From Schizochytrium sp. TIO01 (taxonomy: Eukaryota > Protista > Bigyra: Labyrinthulomycetes), in assembly GCA_004764695.1 (NCBI GenBank), contig SMSO01000035.1, forward strand, positions 248,001-312,000: DNA of 64,000 nucleotides. The letters run 5' to 3'. Below the pieces are notes generated by a model. It searched no databases. It worked only from the letters and a program-made list of their open reading frames with translations, and was not told the DNA's origin. Shown here one piece after another: positions 23,201 through 33,641 of this stretch. Numbering within the stretch: the stretch's first letter is position 1; each line of letters begins with the position of its first letter. Made by a program: the position numbers and the translations under genes.

Positions 23201-26200
23201 ACAAAATAAAAACAGAGACGAAGCCTCACTGCAATGAATTAAATAAAAACTATATTGCGTCAAACTGGGATTTCCGATGGTCGCACCGACAGAGGAAAAC
23301 CAACCTCAAGATTCGTGAACGATGAGCTTTCTGCAAGTGAAGTGGCACCTTAATTTGTCCAAGTTAAGAACCTCCGTCAGCTTTAAAGCCCTTCTTCATT
23401 TCAACTTTCCTGCAAACAAACAAACATACAACTCGAACCCGAGTTCGTTCTTTCAAAACTAAGAACGTGGAAAGAAAAGGGTGGACCTACGAGTTGGCAT
23501 ATTCACGTTGATATGGCGGCGCGTTGGGCTCGCGTTTGGCGGGCGTTCGTAAGCTCTTGACCTGAGTGAGCGATGGCTCTTCTGTGCCGTGAATTGTGCA
23601 ATGCTTCGAAGATTGTGCAAGCTTTGATGGAAAGGCCAAAGTTCTCTGCAATTGAAGCCTTTTCGTGCAAGTTTAGGTCCAGAGCCGTGGCTTTTCTGCG
23701 CTTATCTTGAGTCAAATGGCTGGCCATCCGGAAAAGTTCGACACAGCAGTCAGACCCCCCTTTTGAGTGCCAGTATGAGGGATCGACAGAGGGTCACCTC
23801 GGGGCCCTGCAGTGACACCCAAGGATTTCTTGCGTCTCGCCTCGATTCTGCATGTGCGTGTTCTGAGCGTCGGCGTGCGAAGAAGCGTTTGAGAAGGCTG
23901 TCGTGGCGTTCACAGAGGTTCCTTCCAATGAATTTGCTCGAAATCTGACCTATATCTAAGCTGCTTCACAGCATGAGCTCTAAAGTTGACGCAAAGAGAT
24001 GAAAGTGGCCAGGTCTTGCGTAACTATGTTTGGAGAATAGAGACGCACGCCTTGTAGATATACTACCTTTGGAAAAGAGCACTGCCGGTTCTACTTTTAA
24101 AGGCTCGCAATATTGGCTTGCGCGAACAGTGTACTTTCTGCGTAGGGGTGCAAGCAGGGGCACGGGAGAGCATTTTGCGATCGTGCCCTGATACAAGTTT
24201 ACTCTGTGTGCTGGCTTCCGCCAGTGAAAATGTCGCCGATCTCCAAGCAAGCAAAAGCGGTGGTTCCAGGTTATCAAAGCTGAAGAACCGAACAGATTCG
24301 ATCAGCCAACCCACCGGCATTTGCGGAAACCCCCGCCCCCCCTGCGCAAGCATTCGCTGGCCTCTTGATCGGCGGGCCGCAGTGAACCTTCAAGTTCTCC
24401 AGAGACTGCCCGTCTGGCCAACCAATTATCATAAATATATAACTATATACATAAATATCTGCTGTCATATTGGATTGTTTATGAATCTAAAAGGTAATGC
24501 AAAGTAGGCGCATAAGCATTGTTAGCACGTTGGAGATGAGAGAGAACTAATGTGGGACTGTCATATGATTGGTTTGTTGTTTAGTTCGATGGATGGCTTG
24601 GACGAGACAAAAATCTAAACCGTGAGCCGCTGCCAAACCAACCTTCCGCCAATGCAGCAGAAGAAAGAACTCGCGTGGAGATCGGAGACAGTCGCCGCGG
24701 TCCCTGAATTTATGGGAGGCAGTTTACAGCAACGGTACCTGCGACTTTGCAGACGAAAGACTTTTCCATCGAAGAAAAATCTTTCACAATGTCCGCTCTA
24801 TCTATAGATGCAAATAACAATGACTGGCAGAGCGTGCTCCTCCACTGAAGCTTCTTCTGCCAATACACCGCGTTTTGTAACACCAGATGCGATATACGTC
24901 ACTGAACTGGATATCTAGTATTGATGCATTGCCTTACCAGACCACGCGTAATTGTTAGAAGCCGTCTCGAAGCACTGTGGACACCGTGAGCTGCCATTTC
25001 TTCGATTGATTGTTGACGTTGCGTTTTTCGATTTGAGGTGGAGAAAAGCTTGGCCGTATTGGCTCCAACGTCTAAAGTGGGTTGGACAAACGAAGAGAAT
25101 TGGCGTCGAATGGTTGGCTGTCCTGAGTTATGAAGCGAGGCATGCCTCGGAGCCAACTCGTGTCTTCTTTCTTCGTAACATTGCTGGTCTCGAGTTTCTA
25201 TCGCTTATTCTGCACTTTGCATTACATTGTATTACATTGTATTACATTGTATTTATTGCATTGCATTGCATTATCTGCTGCCTCCAGTGGCAAAAGAAAA
25301 GAAAGCAGGGCTGACAGGCAAAGCTTTGCATAATTGAATGGCCGTAAAGGCCGCCGTTTTGCGGTCGTGAGACTTGAAGGGAATGCGAAGGTTTGGTCGA
25401 ACCACGTCGATTGATTCTAATTACACTGCGCGCATATGTCTTCTTCTTCCTGGATACAGAACCGAAGAAAATAATGCTTTCCGTTTCTTCATCCTCTTTT
25501 CAACTTTATTTTATTACTGCTTTGAGGGAGGAAAAAAGAACTTTTCACCTGCAAATGATAGTCGTCCAATCAAACTCTTTTTAGCTTTAAAAAGGAAACT
25601 GATTCCGGCTTAAAGCAAGGACCCTTATCATCATTACTATTTACCTAAATTATTATATTGTTTTACTAATTTAAAGTAGTACATACTGGAGCGAAGTGAA
25701 GGAGTTTTTGCTGAGGACGCTGTGAAGGCCAGTGCCGACGCTGCTCTGACGCGGCTTCTGACTCTAATGTCGCCTTCGCCGGTCCAATCGAATCAACTTT
25801 AAAACGCGATTCCACAGAGCGAAAAGAGAATCAGGCGCCCTCAGAGCCTAGAAAACCGCCTGCTGGCGCCGGGAAAACTATTTTCCCGACGCCACTAAAA
25901 AGAAGGAAAAGGGTAAACAGGAAAGGAAACGAAAGAGAATGAAGAAACAAACAATAAACAGATAAACAAATAAGTAGATAGATATAAGAATAGATGCAGT
26001 CAAGGAAAGGAAGGACATGAGCGAAAGAAAGAAAGCAAGCTGCGGAGTAAATGAATGAGGGAACTGCGAGTGGCGAACAAAGAGATAACCAACCATCGAA
26101 GCTTAATAAGTCATGGTGAACGCCGGATATTGGCAGCATGGTAGCAGTTTTGCATGTCTACAGTAAAGAGTTTTAATGATTGTGTGTCAGTTTACTCATT

Positions 26201-27172
26201 TAGAGAAAGAAGGTTTAGTACTTTTGGTAATTTAACTTAATTGAAAGCTTGTTTCGGCCTGTTCATCCTCGTGTATCTCTTCTTTTTCATATCTTTTTAA
26301 TTAAAAATATAATCGAAAAGGTGCCTTCACTTCCTCGCGCTTCATGCAAAGAAATATGCACACGTAGCACCTTTGATTCACATGTTGACAATCAGAAATG
26401 GCCCTTCATAACATTTGGCTTCGGACTCCCTCGTTTCCGAATAGCAATGGCTTAAAAGACGCGCTTCCTTTTCTTTGGTCGCGCTCAGATTATTTTTCAT
26501 CTCTTTTTCTTTTTACCATTGAAACTTTTTTCTTCTTTCTTTGGCAAATAAATAGATAAATAAATACATAAATAAATACATAAATATTACCTGCCTCTTT
26601 TGCGAACTGATATTGAAAATATTTTGTTCCGGTTTCCGCATTCAAATATCTCCTCTCACTTGGAATGATGGTCTTGTTAGCGAGAAGAGGATACTTTGGA
26701 GGAAGATAAGTACTCTTTCAATGACTAAACTTAAAAGAGCGAGCGAGCGAGCGAGTGAGCGAGCATATTTAGCATTTACTAACAAACTAACTAACTATCT
26801 TTTTATTAAATTATTTTCTCTCTTCTTCTTCTTCAAGTTCTTCTCTTTAATTTCTTTTTATTTTAAGTTAGAAAGAAAACTAAAAGACGTCCTCATCATC
26901 GCTGATCCTCATAAGTCTAACTACTGAGACTGGCAAGGTCAAAGAAAGCAAGAAAGCAAAGCAAAGCAAAGCAAAGCAAAGCGAAGCAAACCCCAAACGC
27001 AGCGGCTCCCACCCAGCCCTTCCAGTATTGATCGGTGCTGCTTCTGTTGAACAACCTGTATCCTTTGCTCTTGGACGACAACGTTGCCAAGACCAAGCAA
27101 GACAGAATCAGCACGTCATCAATTTAATTGATTAATTAGCGCAAGTAGCAGCAGCACCTTCAGAAAGCCATC

Positions 27173-28570
27173 ATGCAGCACAATGACATGACCGCCTCGG
27201 AGTCCAACGTGACATCCTCCATGGCCGCCATGAGCGTGTCCGAACACCGCTCCCCGCACGTGAACAAGGACTCCGCCATCGCCGTCGTCTGCCCTTTCTC
27301 CTCTGGCGAGCTCCTCGCCGAGCGTATCCGTGAGCTCGGCTACAAGCTCGTACTCGTGTTCCTGTGCAAGAAGGCCGAAGACGGTGTGCTCAGCTGCGTG
27401 GTTGAGGGTGACTACGAGGTCTTCTTCACTGGAGACTACTCGCAGACCGTTCAGCTCCTCCGTGAGCTGCCCTGCAAGGTTGAGCTCATCATCCCCGGTG
27501 CCGAGAACGGAGTCATTGTCGCAGACCACCTCGCCGCCACAATGGGCCTCGTCCACAACCCCACAGAATACAGCGTTGCTCGCCGCAGCAAGTACCTCAT
27601 GGGCGAGACCATCAGAGCCGCTGGAGTGCGTGCTGTAAAGCAGACAATTGCAACCGAATGGGAGCACATTGAGAGCTTCATCCTGGACTGGAACCCGAAT
27701 CCTTTCAAGGTCATCGTGAAGCCTAACGCCTCTGCTGGATCTGATGATGTGTTTCTCTGCAAGAACATTGACGAAGTCCGTGCTGCGTTTGACTGCATCA
27801 ACGGCGCCATTAACGAGTTTGGTGAGGTGAACGAGGGTGTGCTCGTACAGGAGTTCTTGGAGGGAACCGAGTTTGTTGTTGACTCAGTCAGCCGCAATGG
27901 AGAGCACAAGGTCATTGCCATCTGGCAGTACGACAAGCGTTCTTTGAACGGACAATTCAACAACTACTTCGGTATGCAGCTCCGTGCCGTTACCACGGAG
28001 CTTGAGGAGGCGCTTGTTGCTTACAACGCCGAGGTTCTCGACGCTCTTCACATTAACCACGGACCCTCCCACGCCGAGATCTTCGTCACTCGCGACGATA
28101 TCGTCCTTGTCGAAGTCGGTGCTCGTATCCACGGTGGCCACGGCACATGGAAGCCCCTGGCCCAAGCTGCTTACGGCTACAACCAGATCGACGAGACCGT
28201 CAACGCCTACATGCGTCCTGACCTCTTCGAAGCCCTCCCGCCATACCCCATGGAGCTCCGTGTCCATGCTCGCGAAGTCTTCCTCGTGAACCGCTTCGAT
28301 GGAATCCTCCGCAGCCTTGACGGCATGGAGCGTGTCCGCAGCCTCAACTCCTTCCTCAAGGAGGACCTTTCTGTGCGCCCTGGCTCGCGTATGACCAAGA
28401 CCATTGACCTCTTTACCATGCCCGGCCGTGTCCAGCTTCTGCACCACGATGCCGAGCAGGTCAAGCAAGACTACATTCGCATCCACGAGATGCTTCTCGA
28501 TGGCGATGTGTTCGAAATTGTCCACGATGACAAGTCCATCGAGGCCAATGCTGGTCCTGCCGAGGAGTAA
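27173..28570 (+). CDS. ATP-grasp ligase (L-amino-acid ligase / DdaF-NikS-like subgroup)
   Basis: ATP-grasp motifs ARRSKYLM, VIVKPNASAGSDDV, VLVQEFLEGTEFVVD and HAEIF...LVEVGARIHGG; N-terminal VVCPFSSG; extreme C/G third-position bias. Confidence 0.85.
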   Translation: MQHNDMTASESNVTSSMAAMSVSEHRSPHVNKDSAIAVVCPFSSGELLAERIRELGYKLVLVFLCKKAEDGVLSCVVEGDYEVFFTGDYSQTVQLLRELPCKVELIIPGAENGVIVADHLAATMGLVHNPTEYSVARRSKYLMGETIRAAGVRAVKQTIATEWEHIESFILDWNPNPFKVIVKPNASAGSDDVFLCKNIDEVRAAFDCINGAINEFGEVNEGVLVQEFLEGTEFVVDSVSRNGEHKVIAIWQYDKRSLNGQFNNYFGMQLRAVTTELEEALVAYNAEVLDALHINHGPSHAEIFVTRDDIVLVEVGARIHGGHGTWKPLAQAAYGYNQIDETVNAYMRPDLFEALPPYPMELRVHAREVFLVNRFDGILRSLDGMERVRSLNSFLKEDLSVRPGSRMTKTIDLFTMPGRVQLLHHDAEQVKQDYIRIHEMLLDGDVFEIVHDDKSIEANAGPAEE

Positions 28571-29152
28571 ACTCTCGCACGCTGTGTTTTGCCGTAATCC
28601 CTTATCATACTGTCCCGCCTACGCGCTCTGCTTCGCGATGAGTACTTTAGTTTCGACCCGTATCTGATACCAACCCATCTTGTGTGATTGTCTGTTTTCA
28701 TATGTTTGCTTTTCTTGCGGTGCAGTTCTTTGTACTCCTCACATTTCGTTGTTGATCTTGCCCTCGCCCGATGCATTAAATCTTGCAACAGCTCTTCCGA
28801 ATAACAAACTATTTTCCAAGGTATTTAAAATGCTCAATACATTCATTATTTTTATGTCTTCTCGTCCATAGGAAAGCTCATTTGATCAATCACTATGCTT
28901 GTGATGAAGAGTGAGTGCCCTTGCGTACATCATTGTTTGTGTTGCTCATTTGTGCTGCTTTGGCTCCCGTGTGGTCTATCTCTGACAACCGCAGCTACTG
29001 GGCTAAAATAAAATCATGTGGCTAGACAATCATTATTGTGCAACATCGATTTATTGAATCTAGATCTAACATGGCTCTGCTGAACCATAAAAGAGATCAC
29101 GCTTTCGTATTCTTCCTACACTTCAAGATGAGACCCCATTCTCCATTACAAT

Positions 29153-29195
29153 TACATTACCCTACTAGTGCCTACATTACCCTACTAGTGCCTAC
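29153..29195. repeat. 20-bp perfect tandem duplication (TACATTACCCTACTAGTGCC x2)
   Basis: Read directly. Confidence 0.9.
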
Positions 29196-29583
29196 TTATG
29201 AACCTGATCGTTGTAAAGAATAGCCAAGAATTTTCGTCGAGAGGAATTGAAGTTGGTATGTAAGGACTGGACCAAATTATACAACTTGCTCATGGACCAT
29301 TAGAAATAAAGTTGAATACTTGAAGCCAAAGACCTGCCTTTCCCGAAGTTCCCTGATGTGTCGTCACACTCGCGAACGTCAACGACCGTGGAAATAACTG
29401 ATGACGTTTTTTAATGAACAAAGTGTCACTCTGTTATAGGCGCAGTAGGAGTTGAACAAAATGATGATACTCTGATCTTCTACGTGTTAAGTAAGTGCGA
29501 TCAAGGAATGCAATAACAGCAAACCCGATTGCGAGGCAGGTTGGAGCAGAACCACAGAGGCTTTGGAGGTCATAGACGGGATC

Positions 29584-30009
29584 ATGGTTGCGACGATCAA
29601 GGTGCAGTACTGTGGAGGGTGAGGTAAGTATGGCTTGTTTGTTTTTAATTAGAGGCAACTTCGTGCGGAGTATTCTGGTGTTAAAAAAGTTGAGGCTAAC
29701 TTTCTTGATTCTTGGCGTCGCATGCAATCTCAATCTAATTGATCTGCTGCGTGCTTGCATGGTGGTGACGGTTAGGCTACGCTCGCCATTTCCTTCGGCT
29801 CAAGAATGAGCTTTATGAGGAATTTGGCGAGGACGTCAAGGTTGTGGGTGCGGAGGATCCCGGCACGACAGGAAACTTCGAGGTAACCCTCGTCGAGACC
29901 GGTGCGCTACTTCACTCCAAGACGAATCGTGGCCAAGGGAAAATGTCAGTCCCCTGCTGAAGTTCAGGCTATCGTGGACCAGATTCAGGATTACCTCGAT
30001 AGCAAATAG
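29584..30009 (+). CDS. SELENOW: Selenoprotein W-like (Rdx family), 2 exons: 29584-29623 and 29776-30009; Sec UGA at 29620-29622; 1-nt frameshift at A-run 29940-29943
   Basis: Spliced translation MVATIKVQYCGGUGYARHFLRLKNELYEEFGEDVKVVGAEDPGTTGNFEVTLVETGALLHSKTNRGQGK(+1)CQSPAEVQAIVDQIQDYLDSK, 90 aa. CxxU falls at residues 10-13 as in vertebrate SelW; G.FEV and LHSK motifs are present. The GTAAGT...TTAG intron (29624-29775) restores the GY after Sec. Confidence 0.88.
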
Positions 30010-30239
30010 ATATGGGGACATTCGTCTCGTGGTGAGGTGCGCTTTTATGCACCTCTTGCCCATTCGACAGCACTGCCACTGCAATAAGAGACCAAACACC
30101 AATGCTCTTCATTTTACCGAATTCCGCTTTATCTTTTTTCGCCATTGCAAAGTTCATCTCTTATGCTTCTTCTTTAAGAGAAGAGGGCGTCTTGTCACAA
30201 CATTGTTTTGCAAGCCTTTGGTTGATGTACTCTGAGACA

Positions 30240-30319
30240 AGCCCAATATGAAGAACCAAGGCTCAAAGTATACTACGGCTCTTCCACTGTAGGGGTCTTG
30301 CCTGTTCCGACTCTGGGTT
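30240..30319 (+). promoter_or_regulatory. SECIS element candidate (type II) in the SELENOW 3'-UTR
   Basis: Helix I AGCCCA/TGGGTT; core ATGA (30248-51) opposite GA (30309-10); helix II GAAC/GTTC plus CAAGGCTC/GGGTCTTG with a CCT bulge; unpaired AAA (30265-67); apical mini-helix CTACGG/CTGTAG. Folded by eye. Confidence 0.72.
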
Positions 30320-30944
30320 ATATTTTGCTCTGTTGTTTCAATGTTTCTATTAATCAACTTACAACATGTTGCCTTTTCATTCATCCTTGGTGCTTCTCCA
30401 CTCCTCCGTTTGATCGATTCGTTAGGTGCTTAAATTAAGCCAACGTATTAGTAGAGCACATTTAATTTTATTCTAGACACGGCAGAATTGTTGAATAGCC
30501 CCGGAATCACATCTGATTAACTAATATTTAGTTGTTTAATTTATCCGAGAGCAAGGGCAGATAAGCAATTGAACTTATCTTCAAATACATAATTGCAACG
30601 GCAACTAGCCAAGGCAACTTGCCTGACCAATACAAAGAAGTCTTGCCTTTTTTAACCAATTTAAAAGAAACAAAACTTTGGAAATTAAAATCCGTTCTCG
30701 TAAATATTCAAAATGATAGACAATAAGAACAGAGTCTTCAAATTATTTTATTTTCTAGATAGCCTTTTCTTCGCCTAGAGATGCACCCTTCGTGATGCCA
30801 ACCCAACTCAGCAGCTATATTAAAGGGGGGTTGAGTAAATATGCTTTCCCCCATCTCTGGCTGATATATATGCGCAAGGGACTTCCAAACTTTGTTAGTG
30901 ATGTTTTTTGAAGGGAAAATAACAAGGGCTAATAGCTAAACCCA

Positions 30945-30976
30945 GACTTGGTGATCATCGGACTTGGTGATCATCG
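30945..30976. repeat. 16-bp perfect tandem duplication (GACTTGGTGATCATCG x2)
   Basis: Read directly. Confidence 0.9.
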
Positions 30977-31385
30977 CCGCCCTGGACGAGTAATTAATCC
31001 TTAGCAACCATCGTTTCATCTGAAACCACAGAGGAGATCAAAGAGATGGCGAATGAGTGGATCCACCTGCCTGATTCTTAAGTACATTTAAAATGTATCA
31101 AAATCACAGCGTGTTCCGAACGTAAGGTGTAATAAAACCTCTCATAGGTGGTATCAACCATGCCAAGAACGAATCCATTTGTTTTCAATGCTGTTGCTAC
31201 TGCTGCTGTTATGGCTGTTGTCAAATGTTGGGACTGTAACGGAAGTTCCGCGACGGTCCCGCACAAAAATCGATTCAAACGAGTTGATCGTAAGCAAAAA
31301 CAAAGAAATGAGACTAGAAACAATACCAAGGATGTTGAAACTTCAAACGTCCAAGGTTTTAAAGTGTGTGTTAATCCCGTTCTGC

Positions 31386-33641
31386 TTAAGCCAAATATTT
31401 GTATTCGCTCTTGGGAGGAGGCGAGGACCGCTCAAGATATTCACGGTCAATGAGGCTGGCAATGCGTTGCTTGATGAGAGGTACAGTGGCTGGGAAGCGA
31501 AGCTGGCGGAAAAGTTCTTCAATTAACGCCTCGTGGCCAAGAGTCTTGCGCGCCTTCATAATACGAACGATAGCAGCATCAACTTGGTACTGACGATCCT
31601 GCTGGACACGTTCGTGAGTTTCTTTGTTTTCTGTGGATGTTTCTTTGATCTGAATAGAATTGATCTTAATGCGGATGCGATCCGACTTAAAGGCCGTGTT
31701 GATTGCGAAAGTGTCCGTCGGCTTGATCGGATCGCGAACACTAGCCTTCGGCTCACGAAGCAAAATACGGGCCTGCGGGCTGCCAAGAGAAAGCAAGGTA
31801 CGGTGAAGCTCGCCGTCCTCCATTCCGGTACGTTCCTTGAGTACAGCTGCAGTGAGCTCCTGAGCTCCAGGCATGTCATTGTACAGAACGAGCACGACGG
31901 CCTGGTAAATAGAAACCTCAAGCTCCTTACGGCCCAAGGGAAGGTCAGCACGCAGGATGCAATGACCAAGAGAGTGTTGCCATGTGAGACGACGGCCCTT
32001 GAACATGCCTTCGGCGCCTGAGTAGAACTTCTCAAAAGCTGCTTCGCACTGAACCATGCGCTCAGGAAGACGTAATGACTTCATCACAGGGTAGACGGGC
32101 CAGTTGCTTGTACTGAGAACGTTGACATGAATCTCAGTGTCAAAGCCGCGCTGAAGGTAAGCTGGACTCTTCTCGAATTGAGTCATGTTATCGCGTGAGA
32201 TATCCATATCCTTGAACATGCCCTCGAGACGATTTGTAAAACGTGATCCGCATTCTGTCTTGAGCTTGGTAATCATAGAGCGCTCCAAATCGGTGGAAGC
32301 AGAACGACCGAGCAACAAGCGCTTTGCGAGATCCTTCTTGTAAAAGGCTTCAAAAACATCCTTCGCACTGAGGAAACGAAAGAGTACCACGACCTTTTCT
32401 AGAAGAGCCTCGATGGCTTCATCTCCACCGGCACCCTTGACACCAGAGCGAAGTTGACGGTCGATGTATTTCGCGATGAGCTCGGCAGGGCGGTTTCCAC
32501 GCGAGTTAAGAAACGTCTCGAAGGCGTCCCGAATGGTGCGATCAAAGTCCTCGTTGCCCTGCATAGCAGTACGCTGAAGCTCCATAAGATCCTCCATGAG
32601 TTGCAAGAGTGCGGGGACCATTTCCTTTTCCTTTGCGGCATCTTGGTTCTGTACAATCTGCTCACCGCGACGCTTCACGTACTCCGATAGCGCTGCACGC
32701 ATCTTGACAAGAGCGTCTACACGCTTGAAGAGAACAAACATACGTCCAAGATCCTCTGTACGTTTTTCGCGCATGAGCGTGTCGAAGCCCTTCTCCAGAA
32801 GAACCGGCACATGCTCGTTTACGAGCTCCTGCTCGCAGACTCTGACAAGCGGAATGCGAGTCTGTGGGTCCAAGTACCTTGCCACGCGCTGCTTTTCCTC
32901 GTCGAGACGACGGTCCACGTGCCGAAGGTAGTCAGGCACCTGCGATTGCTCCAGCAGTGAGCTACTTTCGGCTCTGTAAAAGGTGCGACTTTCGTCGAGC
33001 AGAACCTTCTCAAACTTGGACTCGTACAGGTCCAAAGCCACCAGCATACGCACCACGCACGTGCCGGTGGACTGGTTAACGGACTCTCCAGAACGTTCGC
33101 GGGCAATGAGGTCCAGAAATCCTCGAATAACCTTTGACTCAACTTCGGGGGCATTTCCAAGGTCTTTGCGGAACATGCGCAAGCCAATATCCCAGAGCGA
33201 TCTGAGCGATGGCTCGCCGATAATGTAAGAACGATCGAGGTAGAGGAAAATGCTGCGGATAGAGTGCATCTGCTGACAGTAGTTCTGCCACATATCGGTA
33301 ACGAGCTCAAGGAAGGCGGCGTGATCAGGAGTTTGGCCTACAAGTGACCGCAAGGAGGCCTTGATGTGACGCTCGAGAACAGTTTCAAGACGTCTGCAAA
33401 GTTCTTCAGCTTGTTTATGCATGCAGAGACCCTCAACCATATGGTAGAGCTCCTCACGAGATTGCTCTACAGGACGGCGTTCTTGGATGGCGCGAACAGC
33501 AGCCTCGAGCGCATTCCAGCTGGATTCGAGGAAATCTGCAGGTAGAGAAGGCTTTGCCTTGCGAAGAGTAATCTTCAGACGTTTAGCAGGACCTCCAGGG
33601 CCTCCCCGAGCCCCACCAGCTCCACTGCGATGTCCAATCAT
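31386..33641 (-). CDS. CUL4: Cullin-4 (first ATG at 33641; the ORF track extends to a non-ATG start)
   Basis: CUL4-type N-terminus (KPSLPADF..SW..L..AV.AI, IRSIFLYLDRSY), cullin domain KDVFEAFYKKDLAKRLLLGRSAS and KLKTECG..FT..LEGMFKD, neddylation site DRQYQVDAAIVRIMKARK. Confidence 0.93.
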   Translation of the reverse strand: MIGHRSGAGGARGGPGGPAKRLKITLRKAKPSLPADFLESSWNALEAAVRAIQERRPVEQSREELYHMVEGLCMHKQAEELCRRLETVLERHIKASLRSLVGQTPDHAAFLELVTDMWQNYCQQMHSIRSIFLYLDRSYIIGEPSLRSLWDIGLRMFRKDLGNAPEVESKVIRGFLDLIARERSGESVNQSTGTCVVRMLVALDLYESKFEKVLLDESRTFYRAESSSLLEQSQVPDYLRHVDRRLDEEKQRVARYLDPQTRIPLVRVCEQELVNEHVPVLLEKGFDTLMREKRTEDLGRMFVLFKRVDALVKMRAALSEYVKRRGEQIVQNQDAAKEKEMVPALLQLMEDLMELQRTAMQGNEDFDRTIRDAFETFLNSRGNRPAELIAKYIDRQLRSGVKGAGGDEAIEALLEKVVVLFRFLSAKDVFEAFYKKDLAKRLLLGRSASTDLERSMITKLKTECGSRFTNRLEGMFKDMDISRDNMTQFEKSPAYLQRGFDTEIHVNVLSTSNWPVYPVMKSLRLPERMVQCEAAFEKFYSGAEGMFKGRRLTWQHSLGHCILRADLPLGRKELEVSIYQAVVLVLYNDMPGAQELTAAVLKERTGMEDGELHRTLLSLGSPQARILLREPKASVRDPIKPTDTFAINTAFKSDRIRIKINSIQIKETSTENKETHERVQQDRQYQVDAAIVRIMKARKTLGHEALIEELFRQLRFPATVPLIKQRIASLIDREYLERSSPPPKSEYKYLA

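Noticed and set aside
27119-28525. Minus-strand ORFs of 170-213 aa over the ATP-grasp gene
   Set aside because: Antisense shadows caused by strong codon bias.
28898-28990. C/D box snoRNA-like GTGATGA...CTGA
   Set aside because: No convincing terminal stem or recognisable rRNA guide.
29883-29967. Second SelW intron (GTAACC...TTCAG) to bypass the frameshift
   Set aside because: It would delete the conserved V...LLHSK..G.G segment.
30035-30056. GAGGTGC/GCACCTC hairpin right after the SelW stop as an alternative SECIS
   Set aside because: Lacks the apical AA and the GA quartet geometry; 30240-30319 fits better.
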